This document shows, piece by piece, positions 9,250 to 17,935 of a stretch of 64,000 bases of DNA (the first letter of the stretch is position 1; each line of letters begins with the position of its first letter). The notes below the pieces were generated by a model that was not told the DNA's origin, ran no database searches, and saw only the letters and a list, made by a program, of their open reading frames with translations. The position numbers were made by a program, and so were the translations under genes. The DNA is from an uncultured Klebsiella sp. (GTDB taxonomy: Bacteria > Verrucomicrobiota > Verrucomicrobiia > Limisphaerales > SXTU01), in assembly GCA_964496695.1 (NCBI GenBank), contig CAZCBE010000004.1, positions 32,123-96,122 of the forward strand. Reading direction: 5' to 3'.

Positions 9250-9416
9250 GTCCCACGCCGCCAACCATGAACCGCCCGCAGCAGACCCAAAGATTAGGGG
9301 CGGACAAAGGTGGGCTTGGAAATCTTTGTCCGCCTCAAATCTTTGGGTTGCCTGTCTTTGTTTCTGGGTTCCAATGCGCGGTCAATGACGATGACCGGTT
9401 CATCCGGTTCCCTTTT

Positions 9417-10127
9417 ATGAAACTACCTCTCCTCCTCGCCCTCGGTCTGGCCGTGGCCGGCTGCCGTCAGGAAGCACCTCACCCCGAAATCCTGACCCGG
9501 CTCAAGGCGCTGGAAGCCGAGGCGGCCAAGCGCCCGGCGCCCGTGCGGTGGGCCTACGCTGACAAAAGCAAGATTGCCGGCGCCTTTTACGCGCGCGCCA
9601 CTGAGCAGGTGGAGGAGTTCTTGCGGGGGGAGAAAGTGTCCGCCGAGCAGATGGCCAAGGTGGCCGAGTATGAGGCGCTGAACCGGGAATGGCAGTTCAG
9701 GCGGATGCGGATGTCGATGGTCCTGCCCACGCGCATTGAGCCTTCGACCCGGCCTCCGCTCCCGCCGACGGAATTGACCGCCGGTTCGCCCGCCGCACCT
9801 CCGGTTCCGCGGCCGCCGACGCGTCTGCCTTTACCTTCGTTCTATGGTCAATCCGGCTCCCCGGCGGAGGAGGCGGAGCTTGAGGCCCTGGCCAAGCGGG
9901 TGGCCGAGGCGAAGGCTCCGGTGGCGGGGATTGTGGACCGCCGGGCGCAGATCATGGCGCAGGCCTTCAAGTCGCAATTGGTGGAGGAACTGGTGGCTGA
10001 GTATGCCAAGGGCCGGTTCGACCTGGTGGTGGACAAGGAGGAGAAGGTGCTCTACCGCACCGCCGGCGAAGTGCCCGACATCACCCAAGGCGTGCTCAAG
10101 CTTTTCCGTGAGCGGGCAAAGCCTTGA
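9417..10127 (+). CDS. OmpH/Skp-like periplasmic chaperone lipoprotein
   Basis: ATG at 9417 gives MKLPLLLALGLAVAGC (lipobox LAVAGC). It has a coiled-coil middle region and a Pro-rich linker. The C-terminal block AKAPVAGIVDRRAQIMAQAF...GRFDLVVDKEEKVLYRTAGEVPDITQGVLKLF is typical of OmpH/Skp family proteins. The upstream in-frame extension to 9024 overlaps the DUF1801 pseudogene and is unlikely to be translated. Confidence 0.6.
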   Translation: MKLPLLLALGLAVAGCRQEAPHPEILTRLKALEAEAAKRPAPVRWAYADKSKIAGAFYARATEQVEEFLRGEKVSAEQMAKVAEYEALNREWQFRRMRMSMVLPTRIEPSTRPPLPPTELTAGSPAAPPVPRPPTRLPLPSFYGQSGSPAEEAELEALAKRVAEAKAPVAGIVDRRAQIMAQAFKSQLVEELVAEYAKGRFDLVVDKEEKVLYRTAGEVPDITQGVLKLFRERAKP

Positions 10128-10156
10128 TGGCGTCCGGGAATGGCCTTGAACGGGCC

Positions 10157-11338
10157 TCAATACAGCCGCGTGGATTCCTCGCGTTTGATGGGCTTCTCGA
10201 ACTGGTCGGTGGTGAACTCGACTTTGAAGCGGGCATCGTCCGCCCGCAGCGCCTTGGTCAGCACGCGCCAGGTGGCCACGGCCTTGCCTTCGAGGGAGGG
10301 CAGGGCGGTCATGGTGACGGTGCGGCCCTGCGCCTGCACCGGGGTGCTGCCCGAGCCGTAAACGAACTCCTGGCTGTCCGGCACCGTGCAGGTGAAGCGG
10401 ATGCCGGTGCCGGTCTGGTTCCCCTGATTGGTGACGGTGACGACATAGGTGACGACCTTCCCCACCTCGATGGGGTCCTCGAGATCAATGACTTCCACGA
10501 GCACGGCATAGACGCCGAGGATCTGGGTGAAGCATTCGCAATACGCCGGGCCGGCCACCGCGCCCGTCACCGTGGACTTGAACTCCAGCCGTCCCGGCCG
10601 CTCCGTGGTGAAGGTGGCGCAGACCTCGCGCGGGCCGCCCATGGTGAGGTTGGCGATCTCCCAAGTCACGCGGTCAAAACTGATCACGCCGCCGTCCGTC
10701 GCGCTGGTGGCCGTGGCTCCCGCCGGAATGGGCACCGTGACGGTGGCCCGAGGCTCGGGGCCGTCTCCGTTGTTGCGGACGGTGAAGCATACCTTTACCG
10801 GGCGTCCGGTGAACTGCCGCTCCGGCGCGGTGCAGGTCAGCGCGAGCCGGGGGACCGGCACCGGCTCCGGGCCGAGGTCCTCGACAAAGAAGTTGCTGCA
10901 CGCCTTGGGCGTGATGCAGCGGTAGCGCCGGCCTTTGGAGGAGAAGTTGAACCAGTAGCACGGCGCGGCTTCCTCGCCCGCCCAGAGCACGTCCCGCAGG
11001 CAGATGGCGATGCCGTCCTTCCGCGACGACATGAAGGGCATCCGGGTGCCGACAGGGATCTTGCCGTCGTTGATCTCGGCGGTCTGGGCGGCCCGGTGGA
11101 TGTCCTCCAGGCTGCCGGGCCAGCCCCACTGCGCGAGGATCGAGGCGATGTCCGGCTTGAGCTTCTCGTCGCGGAAGCGCTCGCGCAAATCCTCGGGCGT
11201 CTTGAGCGGCGGGGCGAAGCGGGTCAGAGGATGGCCCAGCCGGGTGGCGCGGTGCTGCTGGGCCGGAGCGGAGCCGGGCAGCAGAGTGAGCAGGGCAAAG
11301 GCGAAGCCGAGCAGCGAAAGCGCAGTGCGTTTCATCAT
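10157..11338 (-). CDS. secreted DUF11 (conserved-repeat domain) protein
   Basis: Tandem ATG-ATG at 11338/11335 gives MMKRTALSLLGFAFALLTLLPGSAPAQQ (signal peptide). It contains DUF11-like beta-repeat blocks (VTYVVTVTNQGNQTGTGIRFTCTVP, VKVCFTVRNNGDGPEPRATVTVPIPAG). The upstream in-frame extension is Pro/Ser/Arg-rich and is probably non-coding. Confidence 0.7.
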   Translation of the reverse strand: MMKRTALSLLGFAFALLTLLPGSAPAQQHRATRLGHPLTRFAPPLKTPEDLRERFRDEKLKPDIASILAQWGWPGSLEDIHRAAQTAEINDGKIPVGTRMPFMSSRKDGIAICLRDVLWAGEEAAPCYWFNFSSKGRRYRCITPKACSNFFVEDLGPEPVPVPRLALTCTAPERQFTGRPVKVCFTVRNNGDGPEPRATVTVPIPAGATATSATDGGVISFDRVTWEIANLTMGGPREVCATFTTERPGRLEFKSTVTGAVAGPAYCECFTQILGVYAVLVEVIDLEDPIEVGKVVTYVVTVTNQGNQTGTGIRFTCTVPDSQEFVYGSGSTPVQAQGRTVTMTALPSLEGKAVATWRVLTKALRADDARFKVEFTTDQFEKPIKREESTRLY

Positions 11339-11441
11339 TGGGAAGCTTCGGAAAACTGGGCAGGGAAGCGAGCCTATAATGAAGCAGGCGACCTTCGTTG
11401 GGTCGCCTGCTCCAGAGCGCTGTGATGGGGTTGCGAAGCGC

Positions 11442-11957
11442 TTACTTCCCGACCGTGCCGGTGAGCCCGGCGTCGTTGAGCGCGGTGAACACGGCCTTGG
11501 GGCTGAAGTCGCCGGTGACCTCGAAGGTCTTGGCATTCTTCTCGGCGGTGTTGCCTTTGACGCCGGGCACCTTGCTGATGGCATTCTGCACGGCGGTCAC
11601 GCACTTGCCGCAGCAGAGATGCACGCCCTCGACCTTGAGGGACTTGACCTTCTCATCCTTGGCATTGCTGCTGGCGAGCTTGATCGAGCTGTCACTGGAC
11701 TTGCCGTAGTAGCCGGCGGTCACGAGGGCATCCACGGTCTGCTGGATGGCGGCCTTGCTGGAGGAGGAGATGGCCACGGTGCCGGCGTCCTTGTCAATGG
11801 TGACAGACGCGCCGCTGACCTTGGCCGCGACCTTCTCCACGCCCTTGACGCAGGCGCCGCAGCAGAGGTGGACGTTGCTGATCTTGACCTCGTCGGCGTG
11901 GGCGATGATGGCGGCGGTGAAGGTGGCGAAGGCGAAGGCGATACGGAGACGTTTCAT
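11442..11957 (-). CDS. secreted protein with two heavy-metal-associated (HMA)-like domains carrying an HLCCGxCV motif
   Basis: Signal peptide MKRLRIAFAFATFTAAIIAHA. Two internal repeats of about 65 aa each contain VHLCCGACVKGVEKV and VHLCCGKCVTAVQNA, which resemble a metal-binding loop plus a ferredoxin-like HMA fold. Confidence 0.6.
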   Translation of the reverse strand: MKRLRIAFAFATFTAAIIAHADEVKISNVHLCCGACVKGVEKVAAKVSGASVTIDKDAGTVAISSSSKAAIQQTVDALVTAGYYGKSSDSSIKLASSNAKDEKVKSLKVEGVHLCCGKCVTAVQNAISKVPGVKGNTAEKNAKTFEVTGDFSPKAVFTALNDAGLTGTVGK

Positions 11958-12039
11958 GGACAGGTTCTGTGCGTTATGGGTTGAACTAACTGGGGCGGAT
12001 TGACGGGCGGGAGGCCGGTCGGATTCAACCGGTCGGCGG

Positions 12040-12747
12040 TCAACGCGTGGCGCGGGCCACGTTGATGGAGTCGCGCAGGCGGCGGTTGTCCGCCCGGATG
12101 CGGGCGGTGAGGGTCTTGCAGACGGCGATGAGGAAGGGCGTGGCCAGTTCCGGCGCGTCCTGCACCATGCGCTGGAGGTTGGCCGAGGAAATCTTCAGCA
12201 GCACGGAAGGGTTGTTGGCCACCACGTCCGCCGAGCGCGGACCGTGGTCGAAGAGGGAGATGTCGCCGAAGAACTCACCCGCCAGCAGGGTGACCAGCAC
12301 CGTCTCCTTGCCGCCGATCATCTGGCGCACGCGCAGCTCGCCTTCGAGAATGAGATACATCGCATCGCCGGGATCACCCTGCTTGACGATGGTGTGGAAC
12401 TGCCGGGCGTTCTCCACCTCCATGAACTGCGCAAACCGCCCGAGCTGCTGGTCGTTCATCTCCCCGAGGATCTTGACCCGCTTCAGCGCCCCCGGACGAA
12501 TGCCGGCGATGAGCGGAGCCGGAGCGGCCACCGCGCCGCCGGGCTGGATGGCGGTGAACGTCACCCGCAGTTCCTTGATCTGGCCTGCCTGGCTCCACTT
12601 CTTCTCGTGACAGATGAAGACCCAGGTTTCCGCCAGCACCCGCTCGTCTTTGACCCAATCTACGAGGGTCAGCAAGTCCACCGGGCCATAGACGACATCG
12701 TCCACGGCCCAGATTTTGTAGCCGACATCCTGGGGTGCCTGATCCAC
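12040..12747 (-). CDS. cyclic-nucleotide-binding (cNMP) domain protein with N-terminal DUF4339/GYF-like domain
   Basis: C-terminal half has the classic cNMP-binding signature (GEFFGDISLFDHGPRSADVVA). N-terminal block YKIWAVDDVVYGPVDLLTLVDWVKDERVLAETWVFICHEKKWSQAGQIKEL fits the GYF-like DUF4339 pattern. Start is GTG at 12747. Confidence 0.75.
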   Translation of the reverse strand: MDQAPQDVGYKIWAVDDVVYGPVDLLTLVDWVKDERVLAETWVFICHEKKWSQAGQIKELRVTFTAIQPGGAVAAPAPLIAGIRPGALKRVKILGEMNDQQLGRFAQFMEVENARQFHTIVKQGDPGDAMYLILEGELRVRQMIGGKETVLVTLLAGEFFGDISLFDHGPRSADVVANNPSVLLKISSANLQRMVQDAPELATPFLIAVCKTLTARIRADNRRLRDSINVARATR

Positions 12748-12843
12748 GCGTTTTTCTTAAGGCCGAACTGGTTGACTGTAAAGGAAATCGGCAGGAGAGA
12801 CGCGGAACTGGAGTGGAATCTTCGATCCCACTTCTTTTCCCGA

Positions 12844-14610
12844 TCACATTTGTTCCGTCGTCTCAATGCCGAGGGCTTCGAGACCCTGCTTGAGCACCCG
12901 TCCGGTGAGGTCGCACAACAGCAGGCGGGTGGCGCGCTCGGCACCCTCCGCCTTGAGCACCGGGCAGCTCTCGTAGAACCGCGCGAAGAGTCCAGCGAGG
13001 TCGTAGAGGTAGTTGCACAGGAAGTTCGGGCGGTATTCCTCCGCCACCGCCTCCAGCACCATGCCGAAGTTCATGAGCTGCTTGGCCAGCGCGATCTCAT
13101 CCGGCGCGTTCAACGCGGGCAGTTGCGTGGTCAAAGTGGCGCTGTCCGCCCCGCCCTTGCGGAAGATGCTGCGCACCCGTGTGTAGGCGTAGAGCAGGTA
13201 AGGCGCGGTGTTGCCTTGGAGCGCGAGCATCTTGTCCCAGCTAAACTGGTAGTCACTCTGGCGGTTGGGCAGGAGGTCGGCGTATTTAACCGCCCCGAGG
13301 CCAACGATCCGGGCGATCTCCTTTTTCTGGGCCTCGGGCAGGTCGGGGTTCTTCTCCGTCACCACCTTGAGCGCCCGCTCTTCGGCCTCATCCAGCAAGT
13401 CGCCGAGTTTCACCGTGTCACCGCTGCGCGTCTTGAAGGGCTTGCCGTCCTCGCCGAGGATCTTGCCGAAACCTACGTGAACCAGTTTCACCTTCGCGGC
13501 CGATTCCGGCTGCCAGCGGGCGAAGGTGAGGAACAGCTTGCGGAAGTGCGGGGCCTGCCGGTCATCCACCACATAGACGATCTCGGTGGGCGACCAGGTC
13601 TTCAGCCGGTAGTCCACCGTGGCGAGGTCGGTGGTCATGTAGTTGAAGCCGCCGTCGCTCTTGCGCACCAGCGCGGGGTCGGGCACCCACTCGCCGTCAC
13701 GGTTGACGAGGAAGGGGTCTTGCTTCGGGGGCATGGAGCCATCGCTGAACACACCAACGGCACCCTCGCTCTCGCGGGCGAGGCCACGCGCGAGCAGGTC
13801 ATCCACCACCGGACCGAGTTGCGGGTTGTAAAAGCTCTCGCCCAGCGCGTGATCGAACTTCACCCCGAGCCGCCCGTAGATCGTGTCAAACTGCGCCTGC
13901 GAGACGCGGATCATCTCTTGCCAGACGGCGGTGTTTTCGGCATCACCGGCCTGAAGCTTGACCAGCTCCTGCTTGGCCTCCTCCAACCGCGCGGGAGTCG
14001 CATCGCACTCCGCGTTGATGACTTTATAGAGCCGTTCCAGCTCGGCGATGGCATCCTTGGCCAGCGCGTCGCGGTCGAGGATCTGCTTCCAGCCGAGCAG
14101 GAGCTTGCCAAACTGCGTGCCCCAGTCCCCGATGTGGTTGTCCGTGATGACCCGGTGGCCGAGCAGGCGGAAGACGCGTTGCAGCGCATCGCCAATGCCC
14201 GTCGAGCGGATGTGGCCGACGTGCATGGGCTTCGCCACGTTCGGCGAGCTGAAATCAATCACCACGGTGCGCGGCTGCGCCGCCTTCGCGAAGAACAGAT
14301 GCTCCCCGCGTGCGGCGGTTTGCAGCACGGCGGCCAGCGCGGCGGGACGGATGCGGAAGTTCAGGAAGCCCGGCCCGGCGATGTCCACCGCGTCGCAGAG
14401 TTCCGTCACATCCAGCGCGGCCTTCACCTGCTCGGCGAGCTGGCGGGGGTTGAGCTTGCGCTGCTTGGCCAGCGGGATGAGCGCGTTGGACTGGTAATCC
14501 CCATGACGCGCATCCGGGCAGGGGCGCACGAGGACGGCGGTGGTATCCGCGTCCGGCAACACGGCCCGGACAGCGGCTTGGAGACTGGCTTGGAGCTTCA
14601 GGTGCAACAT
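12844..14610 (-). CDS. argS: arginine--tRNA ligase
   Basis: Class I aaRS with HVGHIRSTGIGD (HIGH-like) and a C-terminal anticodon-binding region. Start taken at ATG 14610 (MLHLKLQASLQAAV, 589 aa) rather than the 93-codon upstream extension, which lacks homology. Confidence 0.9.
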   Translation of the reverse strand: MLHLKLQASLQAAVRAVLPDADTTAVLVRPCPDARHGDYQSNALIPLAKQRKLNPRQLAEQVKAALDVTELCDAVDIAGPGFLNFRIRPAALAAVLQTAARGEHLFFAKAAQPRTVVIDFSSPNVAKPMHVGHIRSTGIGDALQRVFRLLGHRVITDNHIGDWGTQFGKLLLGWKQILDRDALAKDAIAELERLYKVINAECDATPARLEEAKQELVKLQAGDAENTAVWQEMIRVSQAQFDTIYGRLGVKFDHALGESFYNPQLGPVVDDLLARGLARESEGAVGVFSDGSMPPKQDPFLVNRDGEWVPDPALVRKSDGGFNYMTTDLATVDYRLKTWSPTEIVYVVDDRQAPHFRKLFLTFARWQPESAAKVKLVHVGFGKILGEDGKPFKTRSGDTVKLGDLLDEAEERALKVVTEKNPDLPEAQKKEIARIVGLGAVKYADLLPNRQSDYQFSWDKMLALQGNTAPYLLYAYTRVRSIFRKGGADSATLTTQLPALNAPDEIALAKQLMNFGMVLEAVAEEYRPNFLCNYLYDLAGLFARFYESCPVLKAEGAERATRLLLCDLTGRVLKQGLEALGIETTEQM

Positions 14611-14660
14611 GGCTTCTACAAAGGGGCAAAGGCTAGCCAGTGGGGCAGGGAGGGTCGAGT

Positions 14661-14880
14661 CCAAAGGCCAGTGTGCTAAAGCACAGTGGGCGTATCTCGA
14701 CACTGCCCCCGCACGACGGCGGAGCGCGGCCCTCAGGGCCGCAGCGGCTGGCAGCAGGGAAAGGCTTGGGAAGCTCCGCAGCCCGTTCTGCAGGGTGGCC
14801 GCTGCGGCCCGGAGTGCCACGCTCCGGGGGCAGTGCGCGGATGCGCCCAAGCACAGTGCGCACGGGGGCGCACCTTGACA
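14661..14880. repeat. nested inverted/direct repeat structure in the 960-bp argS-aminotransferase gap
   Basis: Direct copies of gcacagtg(N13-18)gacactgcccc at 14671-14700 and 14841-14877. Inverted arms cactgccccc (14691-14700) / gggggcagtg (14816-14825) and ggccgcagcggc (14727-14738) / gccgctgcggcc (14788-14799) centred near 14763. Confidence 0.5.
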
Positions 14881-15109
14881 CTGCCCCATAAAGCTGAAGC
14901 AACGGTTCGGCTTTATGGCTGCACCGAAACACCACAGAAACGCAACCTATGAACACCAGCACACCGCGCCCGGCAACTCTACGGGAAATTGAACTGGCCG
15001 TAGAGGTCGAAGGCCGCGAGTGGGCCCGGCCACGCCTTCAAGCAGAAGCCGACCGCCACGGCGAAGTTTCCCCCGGAGCGGCCAGCGGCTGGTGCATCGG
15101 CGGCGGCCG

Positions 15110-15466
15110 ATGCAACTACGCACCGCCGTGGGGGGGCACGCTGCAAGTGCTAAGGTGGTGGTCGGCTGGCGGGGGGAGCCGCAGGAGTTGGGCCACCGCC
15201 TGCACTGGGAAGCCCTGCGCGCGGGCTTGGGCCGGGCGCAAGCCAACTTGGTGGGGGCCGAGGGCGCGCTGTGGGTGGAACCGCGCCGTCACCAACTGCT
15301 GCACGGGCGGAAGCCACGGGTGCTGGCCGATCGGCTCCGGCGCGGTGGAGTCGGCGTGCCGCCAACGCCAAGGCCGCTTCAAACGCTCCGGCCAGTTTTG
15401 GACGCCCGCCGGGATGCGCCACCTCAGCGCGCTGACCGAGGCGCGCCACACCCACCACTGGGATGA
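15110..15466 (+). CDS. possible small CDS or gene remnant in the argS-aminotransferase gap
   Basis: In frame 2, the segment about 15150-15340 (LHWEALRAGLGRAQANLVGAEGALWVEPRRHQLLHGRKPRVLADRL) shows strong GC3 bias. Flanking ORFs in other frames are W/C/R-rich and unconvincing. No motif is recognised. Confidence 0.15.
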   Translation: MQLRTAVGGHAASAKVVVGWRGEPQELGHRLHWEALRAGLGRAQANLVGAEGALWVEPRRHQLLHGRKPRVLADRLRRGGVGVPPTPRPLQTLRPVLDARRDAPPQRADRGAPHPPLG

Positions 15467-15574
15467 ACTATGGTGGCAGCCTGATCGGGGGCAGTGTCAA
15501 GTTGCGCTCCGTCGTTTCTTCGACGTTGCCAATCTCATTGCCCCGCGCTGCCTCCCCCGGTAAAATCCCCGGCC

Positions 15575-16738
15575 ATGCAAATCGCGCCCGCTTTCAAAGC
15601 GCCGACCCGTCTGTTGATGGGGCCCGGCCCCAGCAACGCTGCCGCCGAGGTCCTCGCGGCCATGAGCCAGCCGCTCGTCGGCCACCTGGACCCCGTGTTC
15701 GTCAGGATGATGGAGGAACTCAAGACGATGCTGCGCGCCGTGTTTCTCACGCGCAATGAGATGACCTTTCCCGTCAGCGGCACGGGCAGCGCCGGCATGG
15801 AGTTCTGCTTCGTGAACCTCATCGAGCCGGGCGACGAGGTCATCATCGGCGTCAACGGCGTCTTCGGCACCCGCATGGTGGACGTGGCTGAGCGCTGCGG
15901 TGCGCGCGTGACCAAGGTCGAGTCCGGCTGGGGCAACATCATCGCCCCGCAGCAGATCGCCGAGGCGCTCACGAAGGTGCCCAAGCCCAAGCTCGTCGCC
16001 ATCGTCCACGCGGAGACCTCCACCGGCGCGCTCACGCCGGTCGAGGAAATCTCCAAGCTCGTGCACGACGCCGGTGCGCTGCTGCTGCTGGACACTGTGA
16101 CCTCGCTGGGCGGCTGCCCGGTGCGGATTGATGAGTGGAATGTGGACGCCGTTTACAGCGGCACACAGAAGTGCCTGAGCTGCCCGCCGGGTCTTTCGCC
16201 CGTGTCGCTCAATGCCCGTGCGCTGGAGGTCGCCCGCCGCCGCCGGACCAAGGTGCAGAGCTGGTATCTGGATGTGAACCTGCTCGCCTCCTACTGGGGC
16301 CAGGAACGTGTCTATCACCACACCGCGCCCATCTCGATGAATTACGCCCTGCACGCCGCCCTTCGGCTGGTGCTGGAGGAGGGCCTGGAAAACCGCTGGC
16401 GGCGGCACAAGCAGAACCACCTCGCGCTCAAGTCCGCGCTCGGGGCCATCGGTCTGGAACTCGCCTCGCAGGAAGGGCACCAGCTCTGGCAGCTCAACGC
16501 CATCCGCGTGCCGCAGGGCGTCGAAGAGGTGGACGTGCGCAAGCGCCTCCTGAACGACTTCAACATCGAGGTCGGCGCGGGGCTCGGTCCGCTCAAGGGC
16601 AAAATCTGGCGGGTGGGCCTGATGGGCGAGACTTCCTCGCGCGAGAACGTCCGGCTCTTCCTCTCCGCGTTCTGCCAGGTGCTCAATGAATGCGGCCGCA
16701 AGACCGATGCGAAGGCGGCTCTTTCGGCCGTGGAGTAA
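15575..16738 (+). CDS. class V pyridoxal-phosphate aminotransferase (alanine--glyoxylate / serine--pyruvate aminotransferase family)
   Basis: ATG at 15575 (MQIAPAFKAPTRLLMGPGPSNAAAEVL...). Class V aminotransferase blocks and a PLP-lysine context (SGTQKCLSCPPGLSP) are present. 387 aa. Confidence 0.85.
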   Translation: MQIAPAFKAPTRLLMGPGPSNAAAEVLAAMSQPLVGHLDPVFVRMMEELKTMLRAVFLTRNEMTFPVSGTGSAGMEFCFVNLIEPGDEVIIGVNGVFGTRMVDVAERCGARVTKVESGWGNIIAPQQIAEALTKVPKPKLVAIVHAETSTGALTPVEEISKLVHDAGALLLLDTVTSLGGCPVRIDEWNVDAVYSGTQKCLSCPPGLSPVSLNARALEVARRRRTKVQSWYLDVNLLASYWGQERVYHHTAPISMNYALHAALRLVLEEGLENRWRRHKQNHLALKSALGAIGLELASQEGHQLWQLNAIRVPQGVEEVDVRKRLLNDFNIEVGAGLGPLKGKIWRVGLMGETSSRENVRLFLSAFCQVLNECGRKTDAKAALSAVE

Positions 16739-16829
16739 CCCCTTCGGCTGATAATTTCCTTTGAAGCTGCCAGTCCAGTTGACAGTATGCCCTCCGTGTT
16801 TCTGACGCCCGCCTTGTGGGCGTAAGTTT

Positions 16830-17777
16830 ATGGCCAACACTTCTTTGACTCGCAAATTGCAGGACGTGGAGGCGGTCCCCGCCGCCGTGACCCCGCCGGA
16901 ACATTCCACCGAGACGTCCTTCTTCAAGAAGCCCAAGCTCGCCACCGGCAAGTCCCGCAAGCGCGACATTCCCGAAGGCCTGTGGACCAAGTGCCCCAAG
17001 TGCGCCACCATGCTCTACGACAAGGAGCTGGATGCGAACCTCAAGGTCTGCGCCAAGTGCGGCCACCACTTCGCCATCGGCTCCCGTGAGCGGATCAATG
17101 CGCTGGTCGAAACGTGCTCATTCGAGGAGATGGACGCGGGCATGACCGCCGTGGACGTGCTCAAGTTCACCGGCGTCGCCACCTACACCTCCAAGCTGGA
17201 AGCCTACAAGAAGAGCACCGGCCTGAAAGACGCGGTCATCACCGGCATCGGCACTGTTGGCACGCAACGGCTGGCGCTGGGCGTGATGGACTTCAGCTTC
17301 CTCGGCGGCTCGATGGGCTCCGTGGTCGGGGAAAAGCTCACGCGCATGATCGAGGCTGGCACCGACAAGGGGCTGCCCGTGGTCATCATCTCCACCAGCG
17401 GCGGCGCGCGCATGTATGAAGGCATGTTCAGCCTCATGCAGATGGCCAAGACCAGCGCCGCCCTCGCCTACCACGCGCGGAACAAGCTCCCTTACATCAG
17501 CGTCCTGACCCATCCCACCACCGCCGGGGTCATGGCCAGCTACGCCAGCCTGGGCGACCTCATCATCGCCGAACCGGGCGCCATGATCGGCTTCGCCGGA
17601 CCGCGCGTCATCAAGGACACCACGCAGGCCGACCTGCCGCCCGGCTTCCAGACGGCGGAGTTCCTGCTTGATCACGGACTGGTGGACGCCATCGTGCCGC
17701 GCAAGGAGTTCAAGACCGCCCTGTGCGGCTACCTGGAAAGCATGATGTCCGGGCATCGCCGGCAGCAGGCTGCGTGA
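16830..17777 (+). CDS. accD: acetyl-CoA carboxylase carboxyltransferase subunit beta
   Basis: N-terminal C4 zinc ribbon (CPKCATMLYDK...CAKCGHHF) followed by the carboxyltransferase domain (GGSMGSVVGEK, GGARMYEG). Confidence 0.9.
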   Translation: MANTSLTRKLQDVEAVPAAVTPPEHSTETSFFKKPKLATGKSRKRDIPEGLWTKCPKCATMLYDKELDANLKVCAKCGHHFAIGSRERINALVETCSFEEMDAGMTAVDVLKFTGVATYTSKLEAYKKSTGLKDAVITGIGTVGTQRLALGVMDFSFLGGSMGSVVGEKLTRMIEAGTDKGLPVVIISTSGGARMYEGMFSLMQMAKTSAALAYHARNKLPYISVLTHPTTAGVMASYASLGDLIIAEPGAMIGFAGPRVIKDTTQADLPPGFQTAEFLLDHGLVDAIVPRKEFKTALCGYLESMMSGHRRQQAA

Positions 17778-17935
17778 CCGTCACCCGCCGAACCTCGTGC
17801 CGGTGGCATGGAGCCACCGCGTTGCGGGCGGATTGTTGAAGACGGTTCGTTCCGCTGTAGCCTGAGGACGGCGGCTGCAAGCCGTCGGCACGGGGTTCAT
17901 GGGCAAGCCGTCGTTGGTTTTGCCGACCGCTGTCT

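Noticed and set aside
9024-9416. N-terminal 131-codon extension of the OmpH-like ORF
   Set aside because: It overlaps the DUF1801 pseudogene in another frame. A lipoprotein signal peptide begins at the internal ATG 9417.
10124-11425. 433-aa plus-strand ORF opposite the DUF11 gene
   Set aside because: Shadow ORF. The minus-strand frame has a signal peptide and DUF11 repeats.
12244-14679. 811-aa plus-strand ORF overlapping argS and the cNMP gene
   Set aside because: It is antisense to argS, which has unmistakable class I aaRS motifs. The translation is low-complexity (R/L/G/E/H-rich).
14949-15563. 204-aa ORF in the argS-aminotransferase gap
   Set aside because: W/C/R-rich translation, weak GC3 bias over most of its length, and no start context. 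It is retained only as a possible remnant in the finding for that region.
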